Both the position numbers and the translations under genes were made by a program. A stretch of 64,000 nucleotides of DNA. Origin: Bryobacterales bacterium. GTDB taxonomy: Bacteria > Acidobacteriota > Terriglobia > Bryobacterales > UBA6623. Positions 42,411-52,043 of the stretch are shown here, in pieces; position 1 is the first letter of the stretch; every line of letters starts with the position of its first letter. The notes beneath the pieces are model-generated. The model saw only the letters and a program-made list of their open reading frames with translations, was not told the origin of the DNA and did not search any database. Location: contig OY729428.2 in assembly GCA_963422375.2 (NCBI GenBank), positions 672,001 through 736,000 on the forward strand. The letters run 5' to 3'.

Positions 42411-42983
42411 ATGAAGGTTGTCTACACCGGACGCAAGGCGGAACTGACGGAACGGGAGCGCGTGAAGCTCCACCGCAAGCTCGACAAGATCCAGCGCATC
42501 CTGACGCGTCGAGGTGGTCTCGAAGCCAACGTCACACTGTCGAGGGAGAGGCATCTTTCGGAAGCCGAAGTGTCGGTGCGCGCCCTCCGTCACACTCTCG
42601 TGGTAACGGGCCAGGGTGTTTCTCCCTTCGCCGCCATGCATGTCGCGCTGGTGAAGCTCGAGAAGCAGGCCGTCCGCAACAAGCGCAAGATCATTGACAC
42701 GCACCGGCCCGGACGGCAGCGCGACCGCCAGTCGGTGGTGGTCGAGGACTCGATCCAGCGATCCGGGCTGGCGGAACCCGAACCGGCGCTCGAGACCGTC
42801 CCGCGGCCTCAAATCGTCCGCTCGGGCACCATCGAGGGCAAGCCGATGACGGCGGACGAGGCGCTGCTGCAACTCGAGGACAGCCAGCGCGACTACGTGT
42901 CGTACCGGGATGCGGACACCGGCCGGGTCAGCGTCCTCGTCCGGCGCCGGGACGGGGACGCGGAGCTCGTCGAAGGCGACTAG
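42411..42983 (+). CDS. hpf: Ribosome hibernation promoting factor (long HPF/RaiA)
   Basis: MKVVYTGR, KLEKQ, C-terminal KPMTADEALLQL...YR......SVLVRRRDG..ELVE. TGtTATACT at 42284-42292 upstream. Confidence 0.85.
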   Translation: MKVVYTGRKAELTERERVKLHRKLDKIQRILTRRGGLEANVTLSRERHLSEAEVSVRALRHTLVVTGQGVSPFAAMHVALVKLEKQAVRNKRKIIDTHRPGRQRDRQSVVVEDSIQRSGLAEPEPALETVPRPQIVRSGTIEGKPMTADEALLQLEDSQRDYVSYRDADTGRVSVLVRRRDGDAELVEGD

Positions 42984-42985
42984 GG

Positions 42986-43876
42986 ATGGACGCGGCACCG
43001 ACCGGGTTCGAGCGAGCGGCCAGCGCCAGCTTGGTCGTACTAACCGGTATGAGTGGCTCGGGCAAGGGCACGGTACTGCGCGCACTCGAGGACGCTGGCT
43101 TCGATACCGTCGACAACCTCCCGGTCGACCTGATCCGGCCATTTGTGGCGTCGCGCCGCTGCGCCGAGCCCCGCCGACGTGCGGCGCTCGTAGTCGACAT
43201 CCGCGAGGGGGAAGCGCTGGTGCGATTCCCGGAGGTGTACGCAGAGATTAGGCGCGCGGTGCCCGCCTTCCTCGTGTACTTGCAGGCGTCCGACGAGGCC
43301 CTCCAGCGGCGCTTCAGCGAAACGCGCCGCCCGCACCCCGCGGGGGCGCCGACGGTAGCCGAGAGCCTCGCGGCCGAGAGGCTGCTGCTCGAGCCGATCC
43401 GGTCACTGGCCGACGTCGAGCTCGACACGAGCACCTTCAACGTGCATGACCTGCGCCGGAAGATGATGCGCGTCTTCCAAGGAAGGGCCGAGAAGACCGA
43501 GCTACGCCTGACGGTAGGCAGCTTCGGCTTCAAATACGGCCCGCCGCTGGACGGCGACGTGGTGCTTGACGTGCGGTTCCTGCCGAATCCCAATTACGAG
43601 CCGGGCTGCCACAACCTGACCGGAAAGGACGCTGAGGTGGGAGCCTTCCTAGAGCAGTACTCGGTGACCCGAGACTTCCTGGAACGCACCATGGGGCTGC
43701 TTGAATTCGTGGTGCCGCGATACGCCGAGGAGGGCAAGAGCTACCTTTCGATCTACTTCGGTTGCACCGGGGGCAGGCACCGATCAGTCTACTTGGCGGA
43801 CATCGTGGCCGCCCGGCTGGCCCGGTCCAGCCGCGCCGTCCGCGTGCAGCATCGCGATATTGACAAGGACCACTGA
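42986..43876 (+). CDS. rapZ: RNase adapter RapZ (P-loop)
   Basis: TGMSGSGK, VDNLP, RRFSETRRPHP, SFGFKYG, DVRFLPNP, GCTGGRHRSV. Confidence 0.95.
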   Translation: MDAAPTGFERAASASLVVLTGMSGSGKGTVLRALEDAGFDTVDNLPVDLIRPFVASRRCAEPRRRAALVVDIREGEALVRFPEVYAEIRRAVPAFLVYLQASDEALQRRFSETRRPHPAGAPTVAESLAAERLLLEPIRSLADVELDTSTFNVHDLRRKMMRVFQGRAEKTELRLTVGSFGFKYGPPLDGDVVLDVRFLPNPNYEPGCHNLTGKDAEVGAFLEQYSVTRDFLERTMGLLEFVVPRYAEEGKSYLSIYFGCTGGRHRSVYLADIVAARLARSSRAVRVQHRDIDKDH

Positions 43877-43889
43877 GCGGGCGATCAGA

Positions 43890-44354
43890 TCAGACTTCTT
43901 GGATGTCAGCGCTGATCTGGATGTTGATCGAGTCCTTCACGCTGACTGCCGCGGGGCACTTCGCCTGATGCGTGTCGAGCGCCCTCTGGGCGCGGTCGCG
44001 CGCCCCGACGGGGATCTTCAGGTGGTAATGCACACGGATGCGCGTGATGCGGATGGTGCCGCCAACGTTCTCGATGTCACCTTCCACGTCGCTCGAAACG
44101 CGGTCCGGATGGTTCGGAATCTTGCGAACTGCCAGGGCCCCTGACAGAGTGCCGGTCAGTCAACCGCCGACGGCCGCGACCATGTGGTCGAGCGTGGCCG
44201 GCAGATCCCTGCGGGGCTCCATGCGGTAGAAGTGCTTGATGCCGCCGTGGACGCCGAATTCCAAGGGGTCCTCGAAACCTTCCACGTAGGCGCGACGCTC
44301 CGGAGGCTGGTCCTGATGGATGCGAATCCTAGATGTGTGGATTATGTCTCCCAT
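43890..44354 (-). CDS. OsmC-family peroxiredoxin-like protein, probable selenoprotein (UGA at 44162-44160 read as Sec)
   Basis: ORFs 44160..44591 and 43890..44087 share a frame and are separated only by one TGA. Read-through gives 154 aa ...TLDHMVAAVGG-U-LTGTLSGAL...HQAKCPAAVSV. Confidence 0.8.
44129..44159 (-). promoter_or_regulatory. Putative bacterial SECIS hairpin
   Basis: After UGA: 12-nt spacer, then CUGUCAGG-GGC-CCUGGCAG (8-bp stem with one U-G pair, G first in loop, loop 20 nt from UGA). Confidence 0.65.
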
Positions 44355-44484
44355 TGGGAGCATCGTATCATGCCGCCCCCGTATCGGGTCGGATGCAAGG
44401 CTCATCGGCGCGCGAGCGAGACCCACTCCTCGGACTCGCGGGTGTCCATCGCAAGTCCACTCCGTCACATGCTGTCCCGGCCGC

Positions 44485-45140
44485 TCAGTGCGAGAGATCG
44501 AGAACCGAAGGATCGCGGCCCTCGCGAACGGGATAGTCCAGCCCGAGATGCTCGTTGAGTGCCCGCGCCGCGCCCGGGGGCCAGCGATCATCGGTCGGCT
44601 CGCGGACGCGGCGGGGGTCGTACCCCGCCACGTCCGCGAGCAAATACACGGGCCGCTCGGGAACCGTAGCCCGCCACTCGCGCAGGGCGTCCTTCAGGGA
44701 CGAGCCAGCCTCCCTGTCGTAGGCGGCCAGCGATGCGATTGCCATGTGCCGTCCTCTTCGCCAAGCGTCCGAGTACAGCTCAGCGACCCGTCCCTTTAGG
44801 CCGGGGTTGTCGCTCAGCACGGCCGCCATTTCACGGCGGAATACGCCGGCCTCCAGCCACCAGCGCGCGACCGACTCCGGGCTCGCGTCCGATCAGTGCT
44901 CCAACTTCAGCAGGTGCTGCACGGCCCGGGCACATAGCGAAGTCCACACACGCCGCTCGTTGCGTGCCAAGCCCTCGATCTCCTCGCTCACGTTCTCCAA
45001 GTCGACGGCGTCCCAGTCTCTCCGGCGGAGGAACTCTGCTTGGTGCTCCGCCCAAGTGAAGAGGTCCAACTGGTACAACCGTGCCTCCAGCCTGGCGGGC
45101 GGGCGGGCCTCTGACTCCTGCGGGAATCTACGGCACTCAT
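44485..45140 (-). pseudogene. DUF29-family protein, disrupted
   Basis: LYQLDLFTWAEHQAEFLR..DW..VDLENV.EEIE.L, HLLKLEH, DNPGLK. In-frame TGA at 44895-44893, and the likely ATG (45140) is in another frame. Confidence 0.8.
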
Positions 45141-45768
45141 CTGCGAGCGGGCTGCGCGAATCGGTGCGGAGCTGGGCTCTCTCCAGCAGCGCAAGCCGCG
45201 CCCGCCCGGGACGCCCACTCCCAATCTTTAGCGTCCACTCGGTCCGGCTCGTGGCGGCCCAGACCCACTCGCGGCCGCAGGCGGCGAGGAAGGCCCACAG
45301 GCTGAGGCGTTGCTGGAACCGGCTATCGGTCTCCGGGATAGGCGGATCGCGACGCCAGGTCCATGGCACTGTTACTCGATTCGCATGCCCTAGACAATAC
45401 AGTACATTGATGGAACTGGCTAAGTGATGCGGGAAGGTCCGCGAGATGCTAGCGACCAAGCGTCGATGACTAGGTGATTCGGCGGAGGCACGGCCGATGC
45501 GCTGCCACGCGGCTCCCGGTCAGGTACCCAAGCTTCGCGGGCTCCCCGGCTTCGGCCGGCCAGCGCTAGGGCTAGGATGCCGACCGCAGGCGATTCCTTT
45601 GACCCGCCCAGTATGGCCTTGGCCCGGCGCTGTGCCGGATATCGACACTGGTCTCGATGCGAACGAAGGGGTACGGATTGGTGGCGGGCCTTGGGGAGCG
45701 AGGGCTACAGGCTGACCATCCACTTCGTTCGGAACATACTCATCGGTGTCGGGTGCTGAACCCGAAGT

Positions 45769-47405
45769 CAGCGATTCAAAATTTTGGCACTTTGGGATTT
45801 CCAGGGTGTCTGAGAAGGGTGTCGAAGGCAGGCACTTGTACTTTTCCTCGCGGAATTTGTGAGCTAGGGTGTATGCCCCATGTCCTGGACGCGCTGCTGA
45901 GCGCCTTCCGCGAGACGGCCGCCGGCCGGCCCGACCGGCGCGACGGTCGCAACACGCGCTACGAGGTAAGCGACGCCGCCGGTTGCGCCCCGGCCTGCTT
46001 CTTCACCCAGTGCGAGTCGTTCCTCGCGTTCCGGCGACGCATGGAGCTGGACGGCTCCCACTCCAAAGGCCGGACCCTGTTCGGCGTGGGCCGCATCCCC
46101 TGCGACAACCGGATCCGCAACCTGCTCGACGGCCTCGACCCGGCCGCGTTCGACCCGCCGTTCCGGCCGTGCCTCCAAACCGTGGCCGCGCAGGGCACGC
46201 TCGAGCCCTTCCAGCGCCTCGACGAGCGCCTGCCGGCGGCTCCGGACGGCGTCCGGTTCCACCGCTCCGACACGATGCACTGCCCGCAGTGCTCGGTGCG
46301 GCGCGTCGACAGCGAGCGCCGGCCGCATCACTTCCACAGCATGGTCGCGGCCGTCGCGGTGGCCGACGGCCACGCCACCGTCCTGCCGCTGATGCCCGAG
46401 TTCGCGTGCCCGCTGCAGGCCGCGGCCGCGACCCGCGCCGACATGAGCGAGGGCGAGCGCAAGCGGGACTGCGAGCGCAACGCCGCCAAGCGCTGGCTCG
46501 CCGCTCACGGCGCCTGGCTGCCGCCCCGTCCTGCCGCCCCGTCCTGCCGGGCGACGACCTGTACTGCTGCCAGCCGGTCTGCGAGGCCGCCGCGGCGGCC
46601 GGCATGGACTGCATCCGGGTATGCAAGCCCCGATCCCACAAGTGCTTGGATGAGGTGCTGGAGAGCCGGCGCAGTGCGATCGGCCGGCTGGCTGCCACGG
46701 CCCGGGCCGGGCAAGCGGTCCGAGCGGCACCGCTTCCGCCGGGCGGCCGCGGCGCCCCTGCGCAAGGGCCGCGGCGCCCTGCACGGCACTTGGATCGAGT
46801 ACGCCGTGAAGCACGGCGGCAAGCGCACCTGCGCCAACAGCTGCTTCACCAGTCTGGAGGTCCCCGCGAACAACGCGGAGCGGATCGCGCGGGCCGGCCT
46901 GGCACGCCGGAAGATCGAGAACGAGGGCTTCAACTGCCTGGCACGGCACGGCCGCAACTTCGAGCGCAAGTTCGGGCACGGCAAGGCCGAGCCGGCCAAC
47001 GTGCCGGCCGTGCTGAACCTATTCGCCTCCGTGCTCCATGCCGTGCTGGAGTGCGTCTGCGCGCTGCGGCAGCAGTGCCGCCGCAAGCAGGTCACGCGCC
47101 GCGGCTTATTCCGGTAGCTGCAGGCCGCGCTGCTCTAGTTCCGCTTCCCGGACTGGCCGACTCCGCTGGGGGCGGTGCGAGACGGACGCACGCCGCCGGA
47201 CTGCCGGGGCCTGGACTCCACGCAGCTTCCTGCCGGCAGCGTCCGGCCCCGGGCTCGGCACTAGGTGGACCGTGCCACAGCCCTGCCAGCAGTCCGACGC
47301 TCTCGCGGGGCGGCCTCACTAGCGCGACCTCTCGGTCAAGCGGTTCATCTCATCCTCCCAATCAACGTTCATGCACCCCCTTGATGGCCAAATCTAGGAT
47401 CGCTG
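45769..47405 (+). mobile_element. ISNCY-type insertion sequence with degenerate, frameshifted transposase (about 45873-47140)
   Basis: PDRR.GRN.RY...DA, FFTQ..SFLAF, TLFGV.RIPCDN.IRNLLD, DCERNAAKRWL, GDDLYCCQP, KIENEGFN. Imperfect TIRs CAGCGATTCAAAATTTTGGC (45769) and GCCAAATCTAGGATCGCTG (ends 47405). Confidence 0.82.
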
Positions 47406-47755
47406 CCCGCCGGTGCAATTCCTGCCGCTCGGCAGGAGGCACGTCGAGGATCTCGATCGGTCGCGCCATCGGGCGAGCAGTCATTCTGCTCGGCCCCAAA
47501 GTAGCACCTAGCGGAGTTAATTGCCCCTATTTCTGCGTCGCGACACGGGCGAGCCTGTCGCGACAAGCCGGTCTGAACGAACGTCGGGGACGCTCCGGCC
47601 CGGGACCGCTGGCTCCAGCCAGCGCCGCGCGACCGCCGTACAGGATTCCTCGAGATGGCGGCGATGGCCTGCCGGACCGATCGCGAGCGTCTTGGCAGGG
47701 ACGGGGCCTAGCGAGACGGCTCATATAATCGGACCGAGGAGCGGAGGGCCCCAAG

Positions 47756-49332
47756 ATGCGTTTCTTCAACACCGAGGGACCGGTTGTGCCCGCGAAGCAC
47801 TACTGCATACCGCCCTTGAAACGAATCGACTTGGACGGGGTGCTCGGGCTGATCCGTCGCGAGAGGTATTTTATCCTGCACGCACCGCGGCAGTCGGGCA
47901 AGACCTCCACCCTACTGGCGCTACAGGACCTGCTGAACAGCGGGGCGCAAGGAGACTACCGCTGCGTCTACGTCAATGTCGAAAGCGGCCAGGCGGGACG
48001 GGAGGACACGCCTAGGACTATGCGCGCAATCCTGTCCGCTCTCGCAGACCGCGCCGAGGTGGCGTTGGAGGACACCTTCATCGACAGGACCATGGACGAG
48101 GCCCTGAGGAATCGCGGACCCGACGGCGCACTGATGTACATTCTGCGACGGTGGCTCGGGCGGATGCCCAGCCCTTGGTGCTGCTGATCGACGAGATAGA
48201 CGCGCTGGTGGGCGACACGCTGATCTCAGTGCTGCGCCAGCTGCGCTCGGGCTACGACCTGCGACCCAAGGGATTCCCCCAGAGCATTGTCCTGTGCGGG
48301 GTGCGTAACCTTCGGGACTACCGCATCCACTCTGGCTCGACGGGCGACAACGTAGCGGGAGGCAGCGCCTTCAACGTCAGCGCCAAGTCGCTGCGGGTCG
48401 GCTCGTTCTGCCACGAGGAAGTTGTCGAGCTGCTGGGTCAGCACACGGCGGAGACGGGCCAGGCTTTCTCCGGCGGGGCGCTGGAGCGGATCTGGAGCCG
48501 CACTCTGGGCCAGCCGTGGCTCGTGAACGCGCTGTGCCTGGAGGCCTGCTTCGAGAGAGCGCGTGGGATGGACCGCGCCCGGGCGATCGGCCTCGAGGAC
48601 ATCGCCGAAGCAGAGGAGGCGCTGATCCAGCGTCGGGTGGTGCATCTGGACCAGCTCGCGGACAAGCTGCAGGAAGAGCGCGTGCGACGGGTGATCGAGC
48701 CCATCCTCAGCGGCACGGCGCAGGGCAAAGTCAGGGGGCGCGACTTGGAGTACGTCCGGGACCTCGGACTGGTGGCACTAGACCCGCCGGTGCGAGTCGC
48801 CAACCCGATCTACGCCGAGGTGGTGCCGCGGGAACTGACATTCGTCACTCAGGCGACCCTCCAAGTCCAGACCGCTTGGTACGTCAGACAAGACGGAAGC
48901 CTTGACATAGAGGCGCTTCTGGCAGGCTTCCAAGAGTTCTACTGGCAGCATTCCGAGCACTGGATTGGGCGCTACACATACAAGGAGGCGGGTGCGCAGT
49001 TGCTCTTGCAGGCGTATCTGCAGCGGGTCGTCAACGGCGGCGGCCGCATCGAGCGCGAGTACGTACTGGGGCGCGGCCGCACCGACCTGCTGATACTGTG
49101 GCCTGCTGGCGCCTCGGACCGGAAGTTCGTGGTGGAATGCAAGCTCCGCAGGGACGGCTTGGAGCGCACGGTGCGAGAGGGCTTGGAGCAGACGGCGGGC
49201 TACATGGACCGCTGCGGCGCCGAAGCGGGCCACCTCGTGGTGTTCGACCGCAGCAGGAGGCCGTGGGGAGAGAAGCTGTTCCGTCGCAGCGAGGATTTCG
49301 ACGGCACGACGATTCAAGTTTGGGGTGCTTGA
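47756..49332 (+). CDS. AAA ATPase with C-terminal PD-(D/E)XK nuclease-like domain, frameshifted near 48153
   Basis: MRFFNTEGP, HAPRQSGKT (Walker A), LLIDEIDAL (Walker B), GQPWLVNAL, IEREY.LGRGRTDL...VVECK. One extra G at TGG(G)CT joins the two ORFs. Confidence 0.82.
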
Positions 49333-49426
49333 CGCCCTCGACCGCTGCCGGCGGGGCCGCCCCGTGGACAGCCCCCCGGCGCGGTACAATGTTGCTGGCG
49401 CGACGCTGGTGCGCCATTGCCTGCGG

Positions 49427-50233
49427 ATGCATCGATTCATCGGAAAGAACATTCTCGTGACCGGCGCGTCCGCCGGGATCGGAGAGGCGATCGCTCTGCG
49501 ATTCGCCCAGGAGGGCGGCAGCGTCGTCATCAACTACAGCCGGAATGACGAGGGGGCAGCCAACTCGGCCGAGCAGGTGCGGCAGGCGCACGCCGACGGC
49601 GGTTTCGACGGCGCCCGCACGCTAGTTCACAAGGCGGACGTCTCGGACGAGCCCTCGGTCAAGGCGATGTTCGAGGCCGTGCTCGGCGAGTGGGGCCGCT
49701 TGGACGTGATGATCAATAACGCCGGCATCCAGAAGGCGGCCGAGAGCGACGCCAGCCTCACCGCGGACTTCGACAGAATCCTGGGCGTCAACCTGCGCGG
49801 CTGCTACATGTGCAGCCGGGAGGCCATCAAGCACTTCCTAGCCCGCCCGGGTGGCGGAGTGATTGTCAACAATTCCAGCGTCCACGAGATCATTCCCAAG
49901 CCGCAGTACCTGTCCTATTCAATCTCCAAGGGCGGCATGGAGAACCTGACCCGCACGCTGGCTCTCGAATACGCCGACCGCGGCATCCGTGTCAACGCTG
50001 TCGGCCCAGGAGCCATAGTGACGCCCATCAACATGGCCTGGATCAACGACCCGGACGCCAAAGGGGTCGTCGAATCGCACATTCCGATGGGGCGGGCCGG
50101 CGAGTCGGCCGAGATCGCGGCAGCGTTCGCCTTCCTCGCTTCCGAGGAAGCGTCGTACATCACGGGCCAGACGCTATTCGCCTGCGGCGGGCTGACCCTG
50201 TTCCCGGAATTCCGCACAACTTGGTCCTCGTAA
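49427..50233 (+). CDS. Short-chain dehydrogenase, glucose 1-dehydrogenase-like
   Basis: VTGASAGIG, NNAGIQ, SSVHEIIP, YSISKGG, TLALEYA..GIRVN.VGPG. Confidence 0.9.
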   Translation: MHRFIGKNILVTGASAGIGEAIALRFAQEGGSVVINYSRNDEGAANSAEQVRQAHADGGFDGARTLVHKADVSDEPSVKAMFEAVLGEWGRLDVMINNAGIQKAAESDASLTADFDRILGVNLRGCYMCSREAIKHFLARPGGGVIVNNSSVHEIIPKPQYLSYSISKGGMENLTRTLALEYADRGIRVNAVGPGAIVTPINMAWINDPDAKGVVESHIPMGRAGESAEIAAAFAFLASEEASYITGQTLFACGGLTLFPEFRTTWSS

Positions 50234-50249
50234 GACCGGCAGCACCAGC

Positions 50250-52043
50250 ATGGCGCTAGGTCAGTCGACCGACGCGCCGGGCGGCGCGAGCCGTCGCACC
50301 GCGTCGCGGGTAGCGGCTGTCGCAACGCTGGTTGCCTGCGTCATCGCGCTCTTCTGGCGACTGGACGGAGTCCCTCTCTGGCGGGACGAGGCGACCACCG
50401 CAGTCTGGGGTCGCCTGATGGCCGAGACCGGCTCGGCGCTGCCCTACGCGTTCGACCCGCGCCAGGGCCAGCTGCTGGTGCAGGACGACGACGGGCACGA
50501 CATCAACTCGCGCCTCCTGCCGGCGATGCAGAGCTACCTGCAGGTCTACGTTTCCGCCGTCGGTCACCGGCTGCTCGGCGACGGCACGCTCCAAGCGCGG
50601 CTCCCCTTCGCCCTGGCGGGCCTCTGCGCGCTGGCGCTGCTCTACTTTTTGGGGCGCCAGCTCGGCGGGCCGAGCTGGCTGCCGCTCGCCCTCCCGCTCT
50701 CTGCCAGCCTGTCGATCTACTTCCTACACGCCGCGCGCCAAGGGCGCTACTACATCCTGGTCGTCGTCGCCACGGTGCTGCTGCTGGTCCAAGTTGCCCG
50801 GTACTTGCGGGACACCGACCTCGGCTCCCGCTGGTCGTTCCACGCGCAGCTGTGCATGGTCGGCTGCCTGCTGTACGGCGCGAACTATCTCAGCTTCGCC
50901 GCCACCTGGTTCGCTCTCGGGATATTCTTCCTGCTCACGGACCGGCCGACGCTGCTGCGCCTGTGCGGCGCGTCGGCTGTCCTCGCGCTAGTGCTGGGCG
51001 CGGAGTTCTGGCTCTTGCACGCGGAATACCTCACCGCGTGGCGGCCGGGCACCGAGAACACCTTCTGGGAGAACTTCCGTTACATCGCGGCGCGGCGCGG
51101 CGCGGAATACTGGCGCTGGGTCCCGTTTGTGGTCCTCGCCCCGGCCGCCGTCCTGGCGGCCGGGTCGCTGCGCCCGGCGGTGTCGGCAACGCAGCGGGCC
51201 CTGCTCTGGGCCGCCGCGGCGGTTCCGCTGCTAGGGTTCGTCATCAGGGAGCGCTGGCTGCGAGATACGCCGGACGCCGTTTTCGTCCTGTTCGCGCTGC
51301 TCTTCCTCGCCGTGCCTGCCGCTGCGTACTTCCTGTGGACTCGCATCGAGCGCCCCGGAGCCGTGGCGCGCATGGCCCTGCTGGCCGGGCTCATCGTGGT
51401 CCTGTGCCCGCTCTTCACGGTCGCCGCGGCCGGTCGCGGCACCCTGCCCCGGTACTACTACCAGACCTGTCCGGCCGCGGTGGTCCTGATCTGCCTCGCC
51501 GCTGCGGCGCTCGACGGCGCCGGACGGCGCCGGGCGGCGTTTGCCTGCCTGGCCGGCGCCAGCCTGTGGCCTAACCTCGATCTGGCGGGAGGCGGCACAG
51601 AGCAGGTCGTGCTCAGGCAGATCACCCGCTACGACGAGCACAACGGCCGGCTGCTCGAGTTCCTGTCCGCCCGCACCCGGCCCGGCGACAGCATCGCCTA
51701 TTTCCGCAACGTCAAGGGCATGGTCGGGCATTACTACCTGCCCGAGCGCCGCTGGGTGAACCTGCTCGATGCCGATGTCGAATACAACCGGCGCTTCCGA
51801 GGCAAGATCCCGGCCGACCAGTTCGACGACTCTCCGGACCCGGACTGGTTCGTGCTCTGGGACACCAAGGGCAGGACGCCGAAGGCGCTCGACGAACGCT
51901 ACGAGCGCGTGTGGACGCAGACCTACGCGGAACTGCGCAGCGCCTGGCGGCTAGGATCCGAGCGGCGCGACCGCACCTACGAGGTCTACCGGCTGCGGGC
52001 GGCGCCGTCAGCCGCGCAAGCCGACGCCGAGCTTGGACCGTAG
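50250..52043 (+). CDS. GT-C membrane glycosyltransferase (ArnT/GT39-like)
   Basis: LWRDEA motif, ARLPFAL.G, RQGRYY, multiple TM helices. Confidence 0.75.
   Translation: MALGQSTDAPGGASRRTASRVAAVATLVACVIALFWRLDGVPLWRDEATTAVWGRLMAETGSALPYAFDPRQGQLLVQDDDGHDINSRLLPAMQSYLQVYVSAVGHRLLGDGTLQARLPFALAGLCALALLYFLGRQLGGPSWLPLALPLSASLSIYFLHAARQGRYYILVVVATVLLLVQVARYLRDTDLGSRWSFHAQLCMVGCLLYGANYLSFAATWFALGIFFLLTDRPTLLRLCGASAVLALVLGAEFWLLHAEYLTAWRPGTENTFWENFRYIAARRGAEYWRWVPFVVLAPAAVLAAGSLRPAVSATQRALLWAAAAVPLLGFVIRERWLRDTPDAVFVLFALLFLAVPAAAYFLWTRIERPGAVARMALLAGLIVVLCPLFTVAAAGRGTLPRYYYQTCPAAVVLICLAAAALDGAGRRRAAFACLAGASLWPNLDLAGGGTEQVVLRQITRYDEHNGRLLEFLSARTRPGDSIAYFRNVKGMVGHYYLPERRWVNLLDADVEYNRRFRGKIPADQFDDSPDPDWFVLWDTKGRTPKALDERYERVWTQTYAELRSAWRLGSERRDRTYEVYRLRAAPSAAQADAELGP

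Noticed and set aside
44860..44895. Second selenocysteine codon in the DUF29 gene (a small hairpin follows the TGA)
   Set aside because: No redox Cys is known to me at this DUF29 position, TGG to TGA is the simpler explanation, and the gene also appears frameshifted near its start.
43890..45140. Genome-wide UGA reassignment suggested by two adjacent in-frame TGAs
   Set aside because: TGA ends many intact genes here (surE, coaE, rapZ, pheT, murQ) at their expected lengths.
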